Positions 41,187 to 56,004 of a stretch of DNA of 64,000 nucleotides are shown one piece after another. Within the stretch, counting starts at the first letter, position 1. Every line of letters begins with the position of its first letter. The translations under genes were made by a program, and so were the position numbers. Location of the stretch: contig NC_079166.1 in assembly GCF_947568905.1 (NCBI RefSeq), forward strand, positions 9,300,001 through 9,364,000, given 5' to 3'. Below the pieces are notes generated by a model that was not told the origin of the DNA, ran no database searches, and saw only the letters and a program-made list of their open reading frames with translations. This stretch comes from Ostrea edulis. Its lineage: Eukaryota.

Positions 41187-41937
41187 ATGCCCTGGGCAGT
41201 CATCACACGACTTTGTCTATTCAAATCCCGGAGCCAAGAGAGAGATTCGGGGTTCCCGCTTCGGGTAAAAAAAGGGAGCAGGTCCCTGGTAATTCGTCCC
41301 TATAATAATTTATATACATGAACCCAATTTCACTACACTTCCCTCATTTTGAGGAGGAATGCTTCGATTCCGAAATAGGCCATTCCCTGATTGATTCATC
41401 TGAACAACTATCATTACCCCCAAAATCCCTCTCTGACCAGTGTTTGGAACCGCACTTTAAAATGTTAGGCTACATAGATCAGATTTATTCTAAAATGGAC
41501 ATGTATAAATTCTACTCCAGAATTAAATAAATTTTAACAGTTCAAAATTTAAAAAGTTACATTTAACCATCAAAATTAATTGAATTAACCATGGAAATGC
41601 AAAATTTCAAAATGGATCCCACGTGCGACCACCGCTATGATCCGCGGCGAAGGTGGGCAAAAATATCCGATCGACGATGCCAATAAAGTGATCCACTGGC
41701 TGAAATACAACACTTAAAACCTAATTACGTAAAGAATAAACGAATACATTAGAAAACACGCTATAAACACAACGATAATGACAGAAATGCCCTGGGCAGT
41801 TAACACACGACTTTGCCTATTCAAATCCCGGAGGTAAGAGAGAGATTCGGGGTCCCTGTTTTCAGTAAAAAAGGGAGCGGATATCCTCGTGATACAACCC
41901 TATTACAATTCAAATACAAATACTCAATTTCACTACA
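41187..41937 (+). repeat. Pair of diverged ~150-bp direct repeats exactly 600 bp apart
   Basis: 41187-41337 vs 41787-41937 (atgccctgggcagt..attcaaatcccgga..agagagagattcgggg..aatttcactaca). Confidence 0.8.
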
Positions 41938-43431
41938 GATTCAATATAGAGGAATATTGTGTGTGTGTGGGGGGGGGGGGGGTGGTAGATAGAAGATTTG
42001 GACGTTGAGAGGAAGAAACACTCATTTTCATGTGTTACAAATCTTTATATGTATTTTTTGTTTTGTTTTTTGTTTGTCTACATCTTCGAAACCTATGATT
42101 TCATTATGACACACTCTAATACTAGAATTAGATCCTAAGCTACTAAGCTACACATAGCGATCGTAGGTGAGCGGATCAATGGATTTAATTTTAATTAGAT
42201 TGCATATAGACGTGCACAGAACGCCGGCTGGCCATAGTTTTGAATGTCGAAATTACCAAATTGTGAATGACGATTTATATTCTATCCCCTTTATGAATTT
42301 TTCTAAACTTTCGGATATTTAAACACGATATACTGTAAATACATGTACCAAGTTTATTTATTTACTTTTTTTGTTAAGAAACATTTTGTTGCGATTAGTT
42401 CCCAATAATTGTCTAATTCTACTGCACCAATACTTACAGTAAACAGTTGTAACAATTACGCTAAAACATTACACAGAATATAGAAATTTCCATCATACAT
42501 TAGTTTAGTACATTTTTATTTCAAGCATACATACATGTACATGTATTCCTCTGGGACCGTTTAGAAGTCTCTATTTATTTATTTAGAAGGAAATGAGAAA
42601 ATCGTGCGATACTTGTATATAGACAAGACACAATACAAGGAATACCTAAGAATGGATAATTGATTTAATTGAAAGTTGCATCCAAAAGTAATTTTGGAAT
42701 TTTCCCCCAAAAAGGGAATCGTTTGAATTTCAATTAAAATTCACAGGGAATATAACCTGAAATCGCGGTACACTTACACTACTTATCATAATTTACCAAT
42801 TGACGACGGTCCCCCGAATACTGAAAAAAAAAATTGCAACGCGTTAGAGCAGCTAATCAATTACGTACGAAGTAGTCTATATTTTGAGGAGCATAGTATT
42901 TTTATAAGAGCATCATTCTTCCTTGTGTTGGGACATGTGTATTCGTGCAGTAAAGTATCATAACGAAAATTACAATGTATAAAACAGATGATAGAATTCT
43001 GAAATAGGGGAGAAGAGTAATGAATGGAGTAATGAATTGGCAAAATAATGTGGGACAAAAACAACAGTAAGATGCAGAACAAATATGTCTGAACTTTTCA
43101 CCGTGAGGTGAGGTGACAGGGAGATTATTAGTATGTGTGTTTATAGCTTGTTTACAAGATCATGAAGGTGAAATCGATTTTGATCAGAGGAAACGTGTAA
43201 CCAATCGGAGTGCAAGAAATCAGTCACCAGAGGTCAAGCATTTATATATATTATTTACAAGAAAAAATAAATGAAAAATTATGCAAAACCTTAGAAGTGA
43301 AGTTGAGTATGCAACGCTAAATTATAGATTTTGCAAGGGAATAATTGTGTTGGCTTTGAGTTTGAATTAAAAGCCAATGTCAATATTACAGATTATTAAG
43401 ATATAACAAATATGGTAGGGAATGTTAGAGG

Positions 43432-46400
43432 ATGTACGGGAGTATAAATGCGAGGACTTCAGTAGCTGAACAGAACTTTGTCTCTGTCCTTTCATCTATA
43501 CAGGTAAGATATTGAGTATACTTGTGCATTTTTGAAATAACTTTTCAATTTTTCAGATGGCATCGTTAATTCTTGTGTGAACTTTTATAATAATGTTTGT
43601 AATTATTATTGTATATTGTGTAATATGGATTGTAATCAATAATTATAATGATGAAATGTTTCTTTAATAAAAGAGTAGCTGATACAGAACTTTGTCTCTG
43701 CCCTTTCATTTGTACAGGTTGAACGAGATAGAGCTACTCCGTTCAGTCTGAGAACACAAAGATCCCGAGGTTAACTGGTACTTAGCCAGTATTTGCATAT
43801 CACGCTTTGCGCCATAGCTGACTTAAAAATACTTCTTCCCCAAACTTGTTATATGAGCTATTACGAAGTTCAAGTCAGTTATGGGGCGAAATTAGATATG
43901 ATAAAAGGCGGTGAATCCTTGGATATGATAAAAGCTAGCCCCAACTCATTTCGAAATCTTATTTCCTATAAGTTCAAGGTTGTTTTTATGCATATATATT
44001 GTAATTATTCGTAATCACAAACTTCATTTGTAATTCCAAAATTGCAATTTCTAACTACAAATAACAGGTTTTTGATTTAGGTCATTTATAATTATTGATT
44101 AGACTGTTATTTCAAATTCGTAATTTGTTATTACAAATTGCAATACTGCTTTATAATTATTTCATAATTACAAATTGATAAGTGTAATAGAAGTCAACGT
44201 CAGAATTACAAAATAACATTGAATTATATAACTGTATATCAATACTAGAATTATAAATTACGAAAAACCTCCGACGGGTGATACCCTGATTAGGCTTTCT
44301 GTACTTAATTAATGCGCGTACCGTAGCGTGTTGATTTTAACAATCGATTTCGGAAAAACAGGTATGGTTTGAGTCATGGCGGCTTTTTTCGAGGAATTTA
44401 AATTGAAACTTGATGAAAGGTGTACTACAGGAAACATAACTACGGCATGCTTCACAAATACAGTATACTTGATTATCTCCACTTTTACAGTAAATGTACA
44501 ACTGTGCATGTCTTAGCTGATATGATTTTAATAATACCAATAAATGTGCGTATGTTGCTTTTCACAGATAATTATTGAGAGAGAAAAAAAATGATAAAAG
44601 CACTTGGCACTTTGCAAAACTTGACTATGTAAAATAATATAGTCCTGACTTTGACTTCACTTGTAGCAACACTTATTAGTGATCTGGTCACCCAATTACC
44701 TTTAACAAAGAGGTACAATCATCAAAGTGCGCATCGAGCAACCTATCTAAAGATTCTTATATGTAACAAAAAACTCGTATTTTGTTCACTGCCTTAAAAG
44801 GCAATCAGATCACGTTGATTCAACATTTTAATTTCCATATAACTGTTCTGTGATCAGTTTTGTAATCATGGCAGGCTAATAGCAATCAAGTTGATGTTGC
44901 AGGGGGGGGGGGGGGGTCAACAATCTCGTTTAAAGTCTGCATTTCGCAAATTATATGATCGTTGCAAAATCATTTTAGTTCAAAATATACTGTAACAATT
45001 ACTTGAAAGGGGGATTGGGAGTGGAAATAAACATTCGGTTTTGGTCATCAATCCATACGATATAACTTTGAGCATGCGTGAGATTTGTCCATTAACATGG
45101 CCTTGATTCACGCGTTTTATCTTTCCTTCCAATGAACCAGGCCACTCGTGTTAGTTGATCTTTCGTTCTGTAAGTTTAATGTAACTATTTTATTTTATAG
45201 CAAAGAATCGGAACATTATCCAAGGGTGAAATAAAACTATGCTTATTGAATGAATAAATGCAAGAATGTAGGTGCAATAAAATTGTGTACACCAATTAGG
45301 TTTAAGAAATCCCAGGTCCTGCCCCTCCCCCTTTTCTGGATTATGTACACGTACCGTTGAACTTTCTTATTTTCTGAAAATATTATTTGTATCAGTGAGG
45401 TATATTTAAAGCCAAGTAATACATTTATTTTAGCAATTTTTGGAATTCTACTTTCATTTTCGCTTTATTCATACTTTGGTACGTGAAGATGCAGTATCAG
45501 AGATTATCTGAAGACTATCCAGCCCATCTCTCACCGGTACGAGTATTTTTCTTTTCCATTTTTGTGTAATAATTTACATGAGCATCTAATAGAAGGAAGA
45601 AATATATTCTGAGTATTTTTTTTTCTTGTTTTCTAGCTTGCAATTGAGTTGAAATTTAAATCTGCTTTAAATAATCGTATCAATAAACGTACATCTATGT
45701 GTGGGAATTACACATGTTGTTAAATAATTTTCATTAAAGATCATGAGGAAATCAGTATGTCCACATGATCGATTTAATGGCTTTGTAAATAAAATCAATA
45801 CTCCCGTTTACAGGCTTGTACGTCTATTCTCGATGTAAAGAAGAAGATAGCCCCGCGCTATGGCGTCTCACACTACTCTCTCAGTATCGTTGATTTTGAG
45901 GAGGGGATTCTTTACGAAGATGGGCGGCAAATCTCAGGACTGTCTTCTCCACTACAAGTCATGGTGGGAAACGAAAACCGACAGTTTCCGTCCTATCTGA
46001 AAACTGAAGAACCGGACATGCTAACGCTTGATGATTCCGATGATGAACCCCGTCTGAGGATGTCGTGTGGACACGCAATCTGTAAGTCTGTCCGTTAAGA
46101 AATAAGAATAATACAATACCAATTTAATATCGCACGGATTTTATATTGAGATATTTTTGTCCACCTTTCGAAGTAAAAGTTTTCCATGTTACTATAGACA
46201 CTAAACCGTATATCGTTTTTCTCTTAGCTGCTGACAGTCTGTTTGGGTACACGAAGAGTGAACTTATGACAAATATTGTAGACGAAATACGATGTCCGAC
46301 AGAAGGCTGTAACTTCAAGTGGAGCATGCAGGAAATCGTTCGGAAGTCGGACATGACGGACGACGAACGGATTTTCTTCGAATATAGAATTTCCATGAAC

Positions 46401-46850
46401 GCAGTGAACAAAGATGATGATTCCACTTCCACCTGCCCAGAGTGCGGGAATTACTGTCAAAGGCAAGCTGAGGACAATAAGCAAGTCAACTGTGTATTTT
46501 GCAGCAAATCCACAGGCAAAGATTTTAATTTTTGCTGGGAATGCAAATCACTTTGGTTTCCAAACCACAGTTGCGCCAACGTGGAACTAGAGGCCTTTCA
46601 AAGAATATTGAATGAAGCTCCTCTTAAGATGCTGGATTATTCCCACATTGAAGGAGTCCCCTCCAAACGAATGTGTCCTAGCTGCCGTACCTTAATCGAA
46701 CACGAGAGCATGTGTAAAGAAATGACTTGCATCAAGTGTAAATTTAAATTTTGTTTTTCCTGTTTGACTCCCTGTCTGAATGGTTCTCTTCAGTGCAGCG
46801 GCTATAACAGAAAATGTTCAGTTGCTAAAGTACAGAACGTATTTCAGTAG
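43432..46850 (+). CDS. Host UBL + RBR-like E3 paralogue 3, ~320 aa
   Basis: Exon 45814-46081 (not in ORF track; ends RMSCGHAI) and exon 46228-46850 are well supported. First exon 43432-43503 is tentative; a partial duplicate lies near 43672-43718. Confidence 0.75.
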
Positions 46851-47519
46851 TAACTCAGAAACATAGACAGTAGTTTTATACAAATAGCATATGTCATTAC
46901 AATATGTACCTTTAGGCTTCAAAATAAAACTGCCTGCTGGTCAATGAATATAAAAATACGAGCACACGACGACAACCAATCTGTATTCAATGTGTGTGGG
47001 TTACCATACTATCAAGAGTGCATGTGTGAAAAAGTTAGGCGTATGTTTCAATCAACATCTTACAATGGAAAAACAAGTGTCATCAGTCGTCAAATTATGT
47101 CACCAAGAGATTTTTAACACCGGGCGGATACATTGTAAGACGCTACTCAAATGAAGCTCGCAAAACCCTGGTGAACGTCTTTGTAACATATGTATGTACA
47201 TATATGAAATTGTAAAGATCCTTTGCTCGAAGGAGAAACAGGAATGTTCAAAAGTTTTGAGCATATAATTTTCGAAGTTGATCGACACAATCTAAGTTGT
47301 GCTTGGTTGTGTTAACTTTGAAGAGTCTCTAAGAGGAAGACCATTTGATTCAGTCAGAGGGGGGGGGGGGGGGGGGTCCTTGTGGGGTGGTATGGTATTC
47401 AAAATGTCAAAATCTCCCAAGTGTTGCATGATTGCATTATTTTGTACTTCATTTCTCAATAATTTTGTGGGGGAGGACCCCATAACCCTCTCAACACATA
47501 ATTCTAGATAGAAAACATC

Positions 47520-48165
47520 TCTAGCTGTGGCCTTCAATTCGATATTTCGATATATCAATGACGTTTTGTCTATTAACAATAATAACTTTCATTCATATGT
47601 CTATTTGATATATCCTCGTGAGTTCGAAATAAAGGACACCACAGGGTCGTCCACTTCTGTTTCATACTTAGATATTTTATCAAAAGTAGACATTAACGGC
47701 AAACTGACAACTCAACTGTATGACAAACGGGATGATTTCAGCTTCTTCATCGTAAACTTCCCATATTTATGTAGCAATATTCCATTATCACCTGTATATG
47801 GTGTTTATATATCTCAACTGATTCAACAGTTTCGATCGAAGTCATCATTTCGCAAATTCTATGGTCGTTATAGCGATCTAATTTGCCAATACAACCTATC
47901 ATTGGGTCAAATGCTGTCTGACGTGTTTCATACCGATTGTTAAGCCGTTCTTGGCACACTGATTTTGACTGCGGATAACTCCGTTTACCTGATCAGGATA
48001 TAGGGCTCACGGCGGGTGTGACCGGTCGACAGGGGATGCTTACTCCTCCTAGGCACCTGATCCCACCTCTGGTATATCCAGGGGTCCGTGTTTGCCCAAC
48101 TATCTATTTTGTATTGCTTATATATAGGAGTTATGAGTTTGATCACTGTTCGTTATCTTCACCTT
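47520..48165 (+). mobile_element. Naiad PLE 3' fragment
   Basis: FRYINDV, YISQLI and LGQMLSDVFHTDC remnants plus the conserved tail. Confidence 0.85.
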
Positions 48166-51100
48166 TTATCGCAATAAAATACAGTCACATAAATTCACCC
48201 ACCCGACTCCCTACTCTAATCTTGGATTTCCTTCCAATAGAAATCAGTAATAATTATACAATCAATGCATGGAATCAAAGGATATTCTTATTTAAAATCA
48301 ACATTCCCCTACCATTTTCTTTTGCTTAATAAGGTTGGTGAATAAGCCGCTGTTAAAAATGAATAATTAATCTGGCCTTGGCGTACCTAGGAATACCATA
48401 CTAGACCATGCTGAAATTGAATAATTCGTCCCGTCAAAATTCCCCCTCCCCTTTCAAGGATCAAAGATGCATTTTGTATTTCAATATTGACATATGACCC
48501 CCACCACTTGTCCGAGATGTGTAAAGTACACAAAACAGTTTGTACATTGAGGTTCATTTTTCAATGTTGAAATTTGTCCCCACCAGAAATGATCTCTGGG
48601 GTTCATTTTTTAACAGGGGTCAAAATTTCACTTGAGGGAGGGTAATTAATTAACGGTATTGGTCAATTTTCAACGTTGACCCCTGTGATCGTTTTTCAAC
48701 GGGGTCACTATTTAATGTTACACCGGCTGCAACGGTGCCGAATACTGTTGCTCGTCTAATTACGAGGTCGCCGAAATGGGAACATTGGCTTCCCATCCAT
48801 TGCCTACCCCAATTCAAGGTTTTGACCTATGCATATTGTCACATTACTATTGGAAAATAACTTTCTCACCATGGTTTAAATAATAAGTATACGCTGTGAC
48901 CGTTGGACCGAGCGAAACATGAAATGGTGATTTGTGTGTCCCAAGTGAGGTAGATTATGATTCATTTAAAAATAGAAATTTTTAATGAAATTTTCCTTGC
49001 GCTAAACACCCAGTAATATCTCAATATTGAGGGAGGATATATGGGCATAACAGTTCTATATGATCCGCCTATTTATTTAACGCGGGAAATGAAACGCAAG
49101 GCGACGTAAACAGTGCATTGTGAGATCACATTTAGCCTCTACTTTTTTCTCTTTCAAAGTAAACAATTATAAACAACAATACATCCCGTTTGCAATTAAA
49201 AAGGCCGTTAAAACTAAACAAAATTAACCACTAAATTCAAAATTGCAAAAAAGTAACCGTAAGTATATCGTATATTCTTATTTAAAGAAACTCATGAACT
49301 CGTTCATTTATTTAGTCGTATTACTGTTTTTCTATTCAGTGATTGGCTAATAACTGTAACAATGATACACTATTCATTTTTAACAAATTGGGTGTTTCAA
49401 TTACAAATTACACGTCAGTCTTGTATTTTTGGCATTCAAAATTAAAACACGAATAACTCTAGAAGCAACTAATTATCAAAGCAATATCGCGGCGCCCATA
49501 TGAATCACAAAATTTTCAGTGAACCTATGTAGAGATTATCTCTATTCATTCGCTGATTTTCTCATTTTTTCTTTTACATACGTGTTACCTTTAGAGCCTT
49601 GCTTCCTTCGGCCCGTTCGAGCTTCGCTCGGTATAAAAGTATTATAGCGAGCACAGCGAGCCAGCGCGAAGCGATGGCTCGTACTGCGAGCTTTAATGAC
49701 TAGATCGCGGGAAATAATCCGAGCTAAATCTAAACCTCTAACAAGAAAAAAATTTTGACGCCAATCCCAGAAGTCCCTTGTCAAAAATGAGATCTCGCCA
49801 AGTCACGTCTTGGAATATGATTGTGAACTTACGTGGATTATCATCCTAATCGTGTGGTCTCCTAGCTCGAAAATTCAGTGCACCGTTAGGCGTAATGTTT
49901 AACGAAGTGCAATATTGATGAAAGACAGGGTAAGATGATGTGTGACGTCATGTCTATGTTTTGACGTACGTCATAATAAGACTGACAGTGGCGGATCTAA
50001 ATACTTGTTATTTCCATTTGTAAAAGCCATGTTACCGTGAGCAAGCATGTATACGTAAACATTAAGCATACGTAATATGGCATCGAATACAAATTGTGTT
50101 TAATCTACTGCAAACTACTAATCTGATTAAAATACTATAGTCTCAAAAGGAATTCATTATTCTAACAAGAAAAAAGAAAAAAAAGACGAACTTGTTGAAT
50201 TATGTGAATTTAAGCTATTTGAAAAATTACAACAACAAAAATAGATAAATAAACGGAATTCGGCCGGATCGAAAACATTTCTTTTAAAATCTTTGGTTGT
50301 TTTTTTTCAGCGTCTAAAAATATTAACAATTCCTCGGCGCGTCCGGTATTGCAAACCATGATAACCAACCATGCCACTTGCTATTAACGACTGAAAATCA
50401 TTAATTAATTCTTGTTTTGTGAATAAATCTTAATGTACCCTTACTGTAACAGTGGAGAGGGGCTCAACTATGTTGCAATTTATTCCATAATATGCGAATG
50501 CTGAAAGATTTCATCATGGTGTTACAACTAGGATTATGTACAATATCATAAATATTGTTCTAATTTTCTAATGTACCCTTACTGTAACAGTGGAGAGGGG
50601 CTCAAATATGTTGCAATTTATTCCATAATTTTAAAATTAGATAGGTACGCATAGGGTGGGGCGGGATCTGCGCGCATGTATGTGCAATAGTGTTGGCCAT
50701 GGATTTATCGATTTATTCAAAATTTAATTATCATTATATTGAAATGCATTTTATGTTCAAAGGCAGTGCTATTCACACAGTTTTACAAACTAGAAAGGTT
50801 TGCTACATGACTTGGCCATTTTAATCACACAATTAGTGACTTGGAAAGATTGAGGGCAGAAATAAGTAAAATAGAGGCATGCAGTCGAGAGCATACACAG
50901 TTCTAAACAAGTCGCGTCAAAGGTTAAGCAAGTCACAGTGAAGGCAGCAGAAAAAAATGTATATAGTATAAAAATATTTCAATCACATTCATTATGTTTT
51001 AATGATTTAATATTTAAAACCCCGGGAGAAAACTAAAATGGGCTGTTTCTGCTGCCTAATTTCATTCATGTACTGAGTATTTGGCTAATAGATACTGTTT

Positions 51101-51476
51101 AAATTGAACTCGATGAAAGCATGAACATTACAAAATACATGTAGCTGCGCTCGTCTCAATGGTTAACACAAACATAATATATATCTCGTTATATCAGGAC
51201 TTGCTAGTTTAATAATGAAAATGTATATCAAGTTATACATAAATGTAATCATTTTCAATAGTTCTGTATGATTTTTACCCCATTCATCCTGTTGTGATTG
51301 AGAACTTTAAGCTGAATTTTGAATATTTGAGATATTAACTGCAAAAGAATTTACCCTATGGACTTTGATTTCAATCTTAAGCTTTGACCTAAACACGACC
51401 TGGTGGGTACTCTATAGTCATGCAGTTTCTTTATTTGTGAATTCATCGCTAAAGCTGATTTGAACTTACGTGGATT

Positions 51477-51825
51477 GGGCCAGAAAAGCTGAAATTTACA
51501 TGAAAGCTTTCTGCTATAGTGCAGATTGAAATTTGTTTAAATCATGGCCCCGGGGATTGGATGGGGACACAATAGGGTATCAAAGTTTTACATACGAATA
51601 TATAGAAAACATCTTTAAAAATCTTCTCCAGAACTACTGGGCCAGGAAAGTGGAAATTTACATGAAAGCTTCCTGACAAATTGCAGATTCAAGTTTGTTA
51701 AAATCATGTTCTCCGGGGGGTTGGATGGGGCCGCAATAGGGATCAAAGTTTGACATGCGAATATATAGGAAAAATCAGCCAAGGTGGCTCAGGTGAGCGA
51801 TGTGGGCTATGGGCCTCCTCTTGTT
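51477..51825 (+). mobile_element. Truncated HINE (two ~165-bp satellite monomers + 3' end)
   Basis: Same monomer and 3' end (ctcaggtgagcgatgtg..gggcctc) as 57226-61277. Confidence 0.75.
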
Positions 51826-53371
51826 AATGTAATGAATAATTATCGAAAACACAGCAAATTTCATATTCAATTCCTAAAAAATCAGACAGCAAAATAACGG
51901 GGAAATCTGTATTTTGTCGTCTTTTCGTTATTTCGTGGCGAAAAGTCGCTAATTATCCTTTTGTCGTCTTTTCGCCTCGAAAAAACAAGACGACAAAACA
52001 ACAAGAGAATAGACGACAAATTAGTTCATTAATTTTCGGGTTTTGTTTGTCGTCTTTTCGCCTGTAATTTGTCGTCTTTTCGTTATTTCGAGGCGAAAAG
52101 TAGCTAAATATCGTTTTGTCGTCTTTTCCCTCGAAATAACGAAAACAAAACAAATTGTAAAGTGGCACAAATCCGCCACCATATTTAACTGTAGATACTA
52201 TCGCCCATATATTTCCAGATCTGTTAAAGTATGGGCGGTGGAAAATTCCTATCATGGGAATTTCAGCTAATGAGGAAACCCCAAGCTTAAACTCAGAGTT
52301 ATATATATACCATTTGTGGCGAATTTATGCGCCATGTAATATTTAAATCATAAAAGTGCAAAGGTCAAAGAGTCGAATCATGTTTTAACATGAAGCAATT
52401 AGAAAATTGATTTTAATAAATACATTGGGGGCCATTTCATACAGTCATTTCACTTCATCCTATGTTAGATCTTTGAAATTCTGGCATTTGAGTTTTGCTG
52501 GTCGTGGATTTTTTGTGACCCATGACAGTATGATATATGTGTAGATTTCCTTTTCACATACATGTAGTATGATGTATTATGAATTTTTAGATACCTAAGC
52601 CACGGCGAGTCCACGACAGGGTACTGCGATCTATCATTTTTCCTTGTAGTAATAATGACTATATAAGGATGTATTGACGACTTGATGAAAAGCCTAGCTT
52701 TGTAAGGCCAGTATGGATGATCTCATGAAATAAAACGAACATGCGTTACCTGTGTAAGTTCCGGTAAACTAGAAGCTACAGAAACAATATATTCTCAACA
52801 ATACTGATGATTCAAAATGTCAGGATGAACTAGACCTGCCAGGATGAACATATTCTACTGGTCAGGATTTCCAATAGAAATGCTTTTTTAACAAATCAAT
52901 CAGCTGCAGTGTAGCACAATATTTGTTGGAGCTCAGCGGGTAGACCAATTCTAAGAATATATACATGTGTGTGTTCCTCAATGCCGATTTTACATGTTTT
53001 GAAATACTATATACAATTAAGCATGGGTAGTAACATATCAAACATGATCCTTCAAAAAGTGTATAAACCTCCAGTTTATAAATTGTTTTAATATGCTGTA
53101 TATACAAGTCTTACAGTTATGTATAATAATGTGTTGTCACGTTTCTCAAATTGAAGCATCAGACCATGTTTTTGCAAATCCAGCGTTGTTTTTCCACAGT
53201 AAATGAATTGAAATCATAAATGTTTCAGCCACGTTATCAAATAACACATTCAGATTTGAAATACATTGCACATACATCGACGACTTATATATACATTCAC
53301 AAAAATAATTTTGCATCATTTAAAGACGAATATCTTACACATGTTTGATATATAAATACGTTACACGAAAT

Positions 53372-56004
53372 TTACTGTGCCTCAAACACATTCTGTACAC
53401 GAGCTACGGTGCACTTTTGATTGTAGTTTCCGCATGGAAGGCGGCCATTAACGGCAACCTTAAGACAAGAGAAGCAAAATACAGTCTTACACTTAGTACA
53501 CTGCATGGTTTTACAAGCCTGTAAATGTTCTATTAGATATCTGCAGTTCGGACACATTCGTTTAGAAGGCACGCCTTCTATTTCCGACATATCGATCTTC
53601 TTGAGGGGTGCATCATTCAAAATTCTTTGAAAAGCTTCCAATTCTTTGTTGCTGCATTTATGATCTGTAAACCAGGGTGCCTTACAATTCCAACAGAAAT
53701 CAAATGCACCTCCATTCTTTTTAGTACAGATGATACAGCGAATGCGTAGGACATCTTGTTGTCTTTGACAGAAATGGCCACATGATGGACATTCTGACGT
53801 TGAATTATTATCCTGATTGACCAAGTTAAAAGATATTTTCCTCTCAAAGAATATTCTTTCGTCTTCTGTCATGTCAGCTTTTTTAGCGATTTCTCGCATA
53901 TCCCATTCAGCATTGCAATCGGTTGTTGGGCAGCATACCGCTGACTTTACGTCACACATCAGGGTACTCTTCATGTAGCCAAAAAGATTGTATGGAGCTG
54001 CAAATATGATATTAGATAAGTAAATAGAATTGAAAATGTACCGTAAGCTTTCTTTGAAACATTGAGTTTTTTACAGAAACATGTATTTCAATTTAATGAT
54101 TTTTTTTTAATTATGAGATTGATATACATGTAAATCACATATACTTATTGCGTGTCCACAAGACATTTTTAGTCTGGGTTCTTCGTCATCTTCGTCTTGC
54201 ATAATCATATCTGGCTCTGTGGTAACCAGGTAGGACGGAATTTTTCTATCTGGATTTCCAACCATAATTTGCAATGGCGTGGACAAGCCTTGAATTTCTC
54301 TTTCATTTTCATAGATGATGCCATCTTCCAAATTAACAACCTCGATGTAATAATGCTGTGTCCCTAGTTTAGCAGCGAATTTCTTCTTACATTCACTGAC
54401 AGATAATGGATTCTGAAACAAAGATTACAATGATTAGTACCTTCAGTACTGTTAACTACACGTACATGTATGTGCGCTAATATACCATATATTCTACTTT
54501 TGATTTTGTGTTCCGTGGTCACAAATTTTATCTCACTGTTATAAAATGATTGGATGACTGTGTTCTTATTGGTGTCACTTTTCTACCACTTATTGTCATA
54601 ATCAGTTATTTTTATATCTTTTTATCATATATTTAGTAATGACTATGCCAATTTTACGATATCAACGGCCGGTCCAAAATATAAGACCAGCGTGCAAAAA
54701 TACATTTCAATCCGAAATCACGTATTTGCTCGTAAGAATCAATACATGAAATGTTTTAACCATGGTAAATCAATGTTAGTAAGGTCAGATATAGATGTGC
54801 TGCGCATGCTAGTTTGAAATTATCCTCGTCAGTTTGCAAAGTATTTGTATTCTTCGTTAATGCATAGACAGTCACTTATTTTCAAAAATTAAGAATGTAA
54901 ATATATTGTTTGTATGTGTATTCATGGTTTTTTACTTTCCCCAATATCTCATAAATGACACTTCATGGTGAACTTGATACAGCAGGTATTTACTTACAGC
55001 ATGTATGTATTTTTAATGTGTATATTTTCATGTATTTTTCCTTTATTTCTTAACGCTGTGCTCCTTTTCTTCTTTTTCTTTTTTCTTCTTTATGTACTAC
55101 ATTTAAGCTGTGTGTTCAAAGTGTCATATAGACCCGATGGGCCCGGTGTTTGATTTATTTTATACTGCCTTTTAACATATGAATTCTGTGAATATACACA
55201 TGTCACTAAAAGTAAATAAACTACTACTGCTGTATCAGTCACTAACAGTGGCGGATTTAGAGGGGGGTGCAGCCGCCCCCCCCCCCCCTAAAATTTTCAA
55301 ATTTAAGGTAAATCGCGGTATCTTGTTTCGGAAAATGTACTAAACGATAAAAGAAGCAATAATTTCTTCCACTCCCGGAAAAATAAATTACAAATTCTTT
55401 TGATTTTTTGAATTACTTTATAGAGAGAACTTTAATTTTTTCCAAAAAAAAAAAAAACCCTTAAAATTTGGGTCATTTTATTAATTTCACCTTTAAAAAA
55501 TGATAGAAAATAGTACAAATGACTAAATACGAGAAATATTTCAAGGCCAAATTCTGTGAAATCCAGGAGCTTCCGGGGGCTTCGCCCCTTGGACCCCCAC
55601 GAGGACTTCGCCCTGGACCCACTGCCTCATAAAGTGGCGCCCTCCGTAACCGCAATTCCTGGATCCGCCCCTGACTAAAAGTAAATAAACTACTACTACT
55701 GTGTCAAGTTTTGACTGTAGTAAATCAATGTATGAAAGTTTTTACCATAATTAATTATCATTAATGTATCAAAGTTTTTACCATGTAGTTAATCAATAGT
55801 AAATAAATGCACCTAGGTTTTTACCAGAGTAAATCATCCTATTAAGGTTTCCACTGGAAAACTGAAACTGCCTCACTTTATGACGAAGAAGTCAAATACT
55901 TACATAATTTTATATAGCATATTAAAAGTATTAAGCGGAGTTCTTACCTCTGTTAATGTGTGTATTCTACTGCTAGATAGTTGTTGGAACATCATATTTT
56001 TCAT
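53372..56004 (-). CDS. Host UBL + RBR-like E3 paralogue 4, ~316 aa
   Basis: Exons 55948-56004 (MKNMMFQQLSSSRIHTLTE), 54145-54412 and 53372-53997, GT/AG, 951 nt in frame. Confidence 0.8.
55246..55673. mobile_element. MITE-like insertion in intron 1 of paralogue 4
   Basis: Short inverted ends cagtggcggat / atccgcccctg; actaa on both sides. Confidence 0.55.

Noticed and set aside
51887-52160. ORFs 51953-52255 and 52043-52270
   Set aside because: They derive from short ttgtcgtcttttcg direct/inverted repeats of an unidentified repeat fragment; no coding signature.
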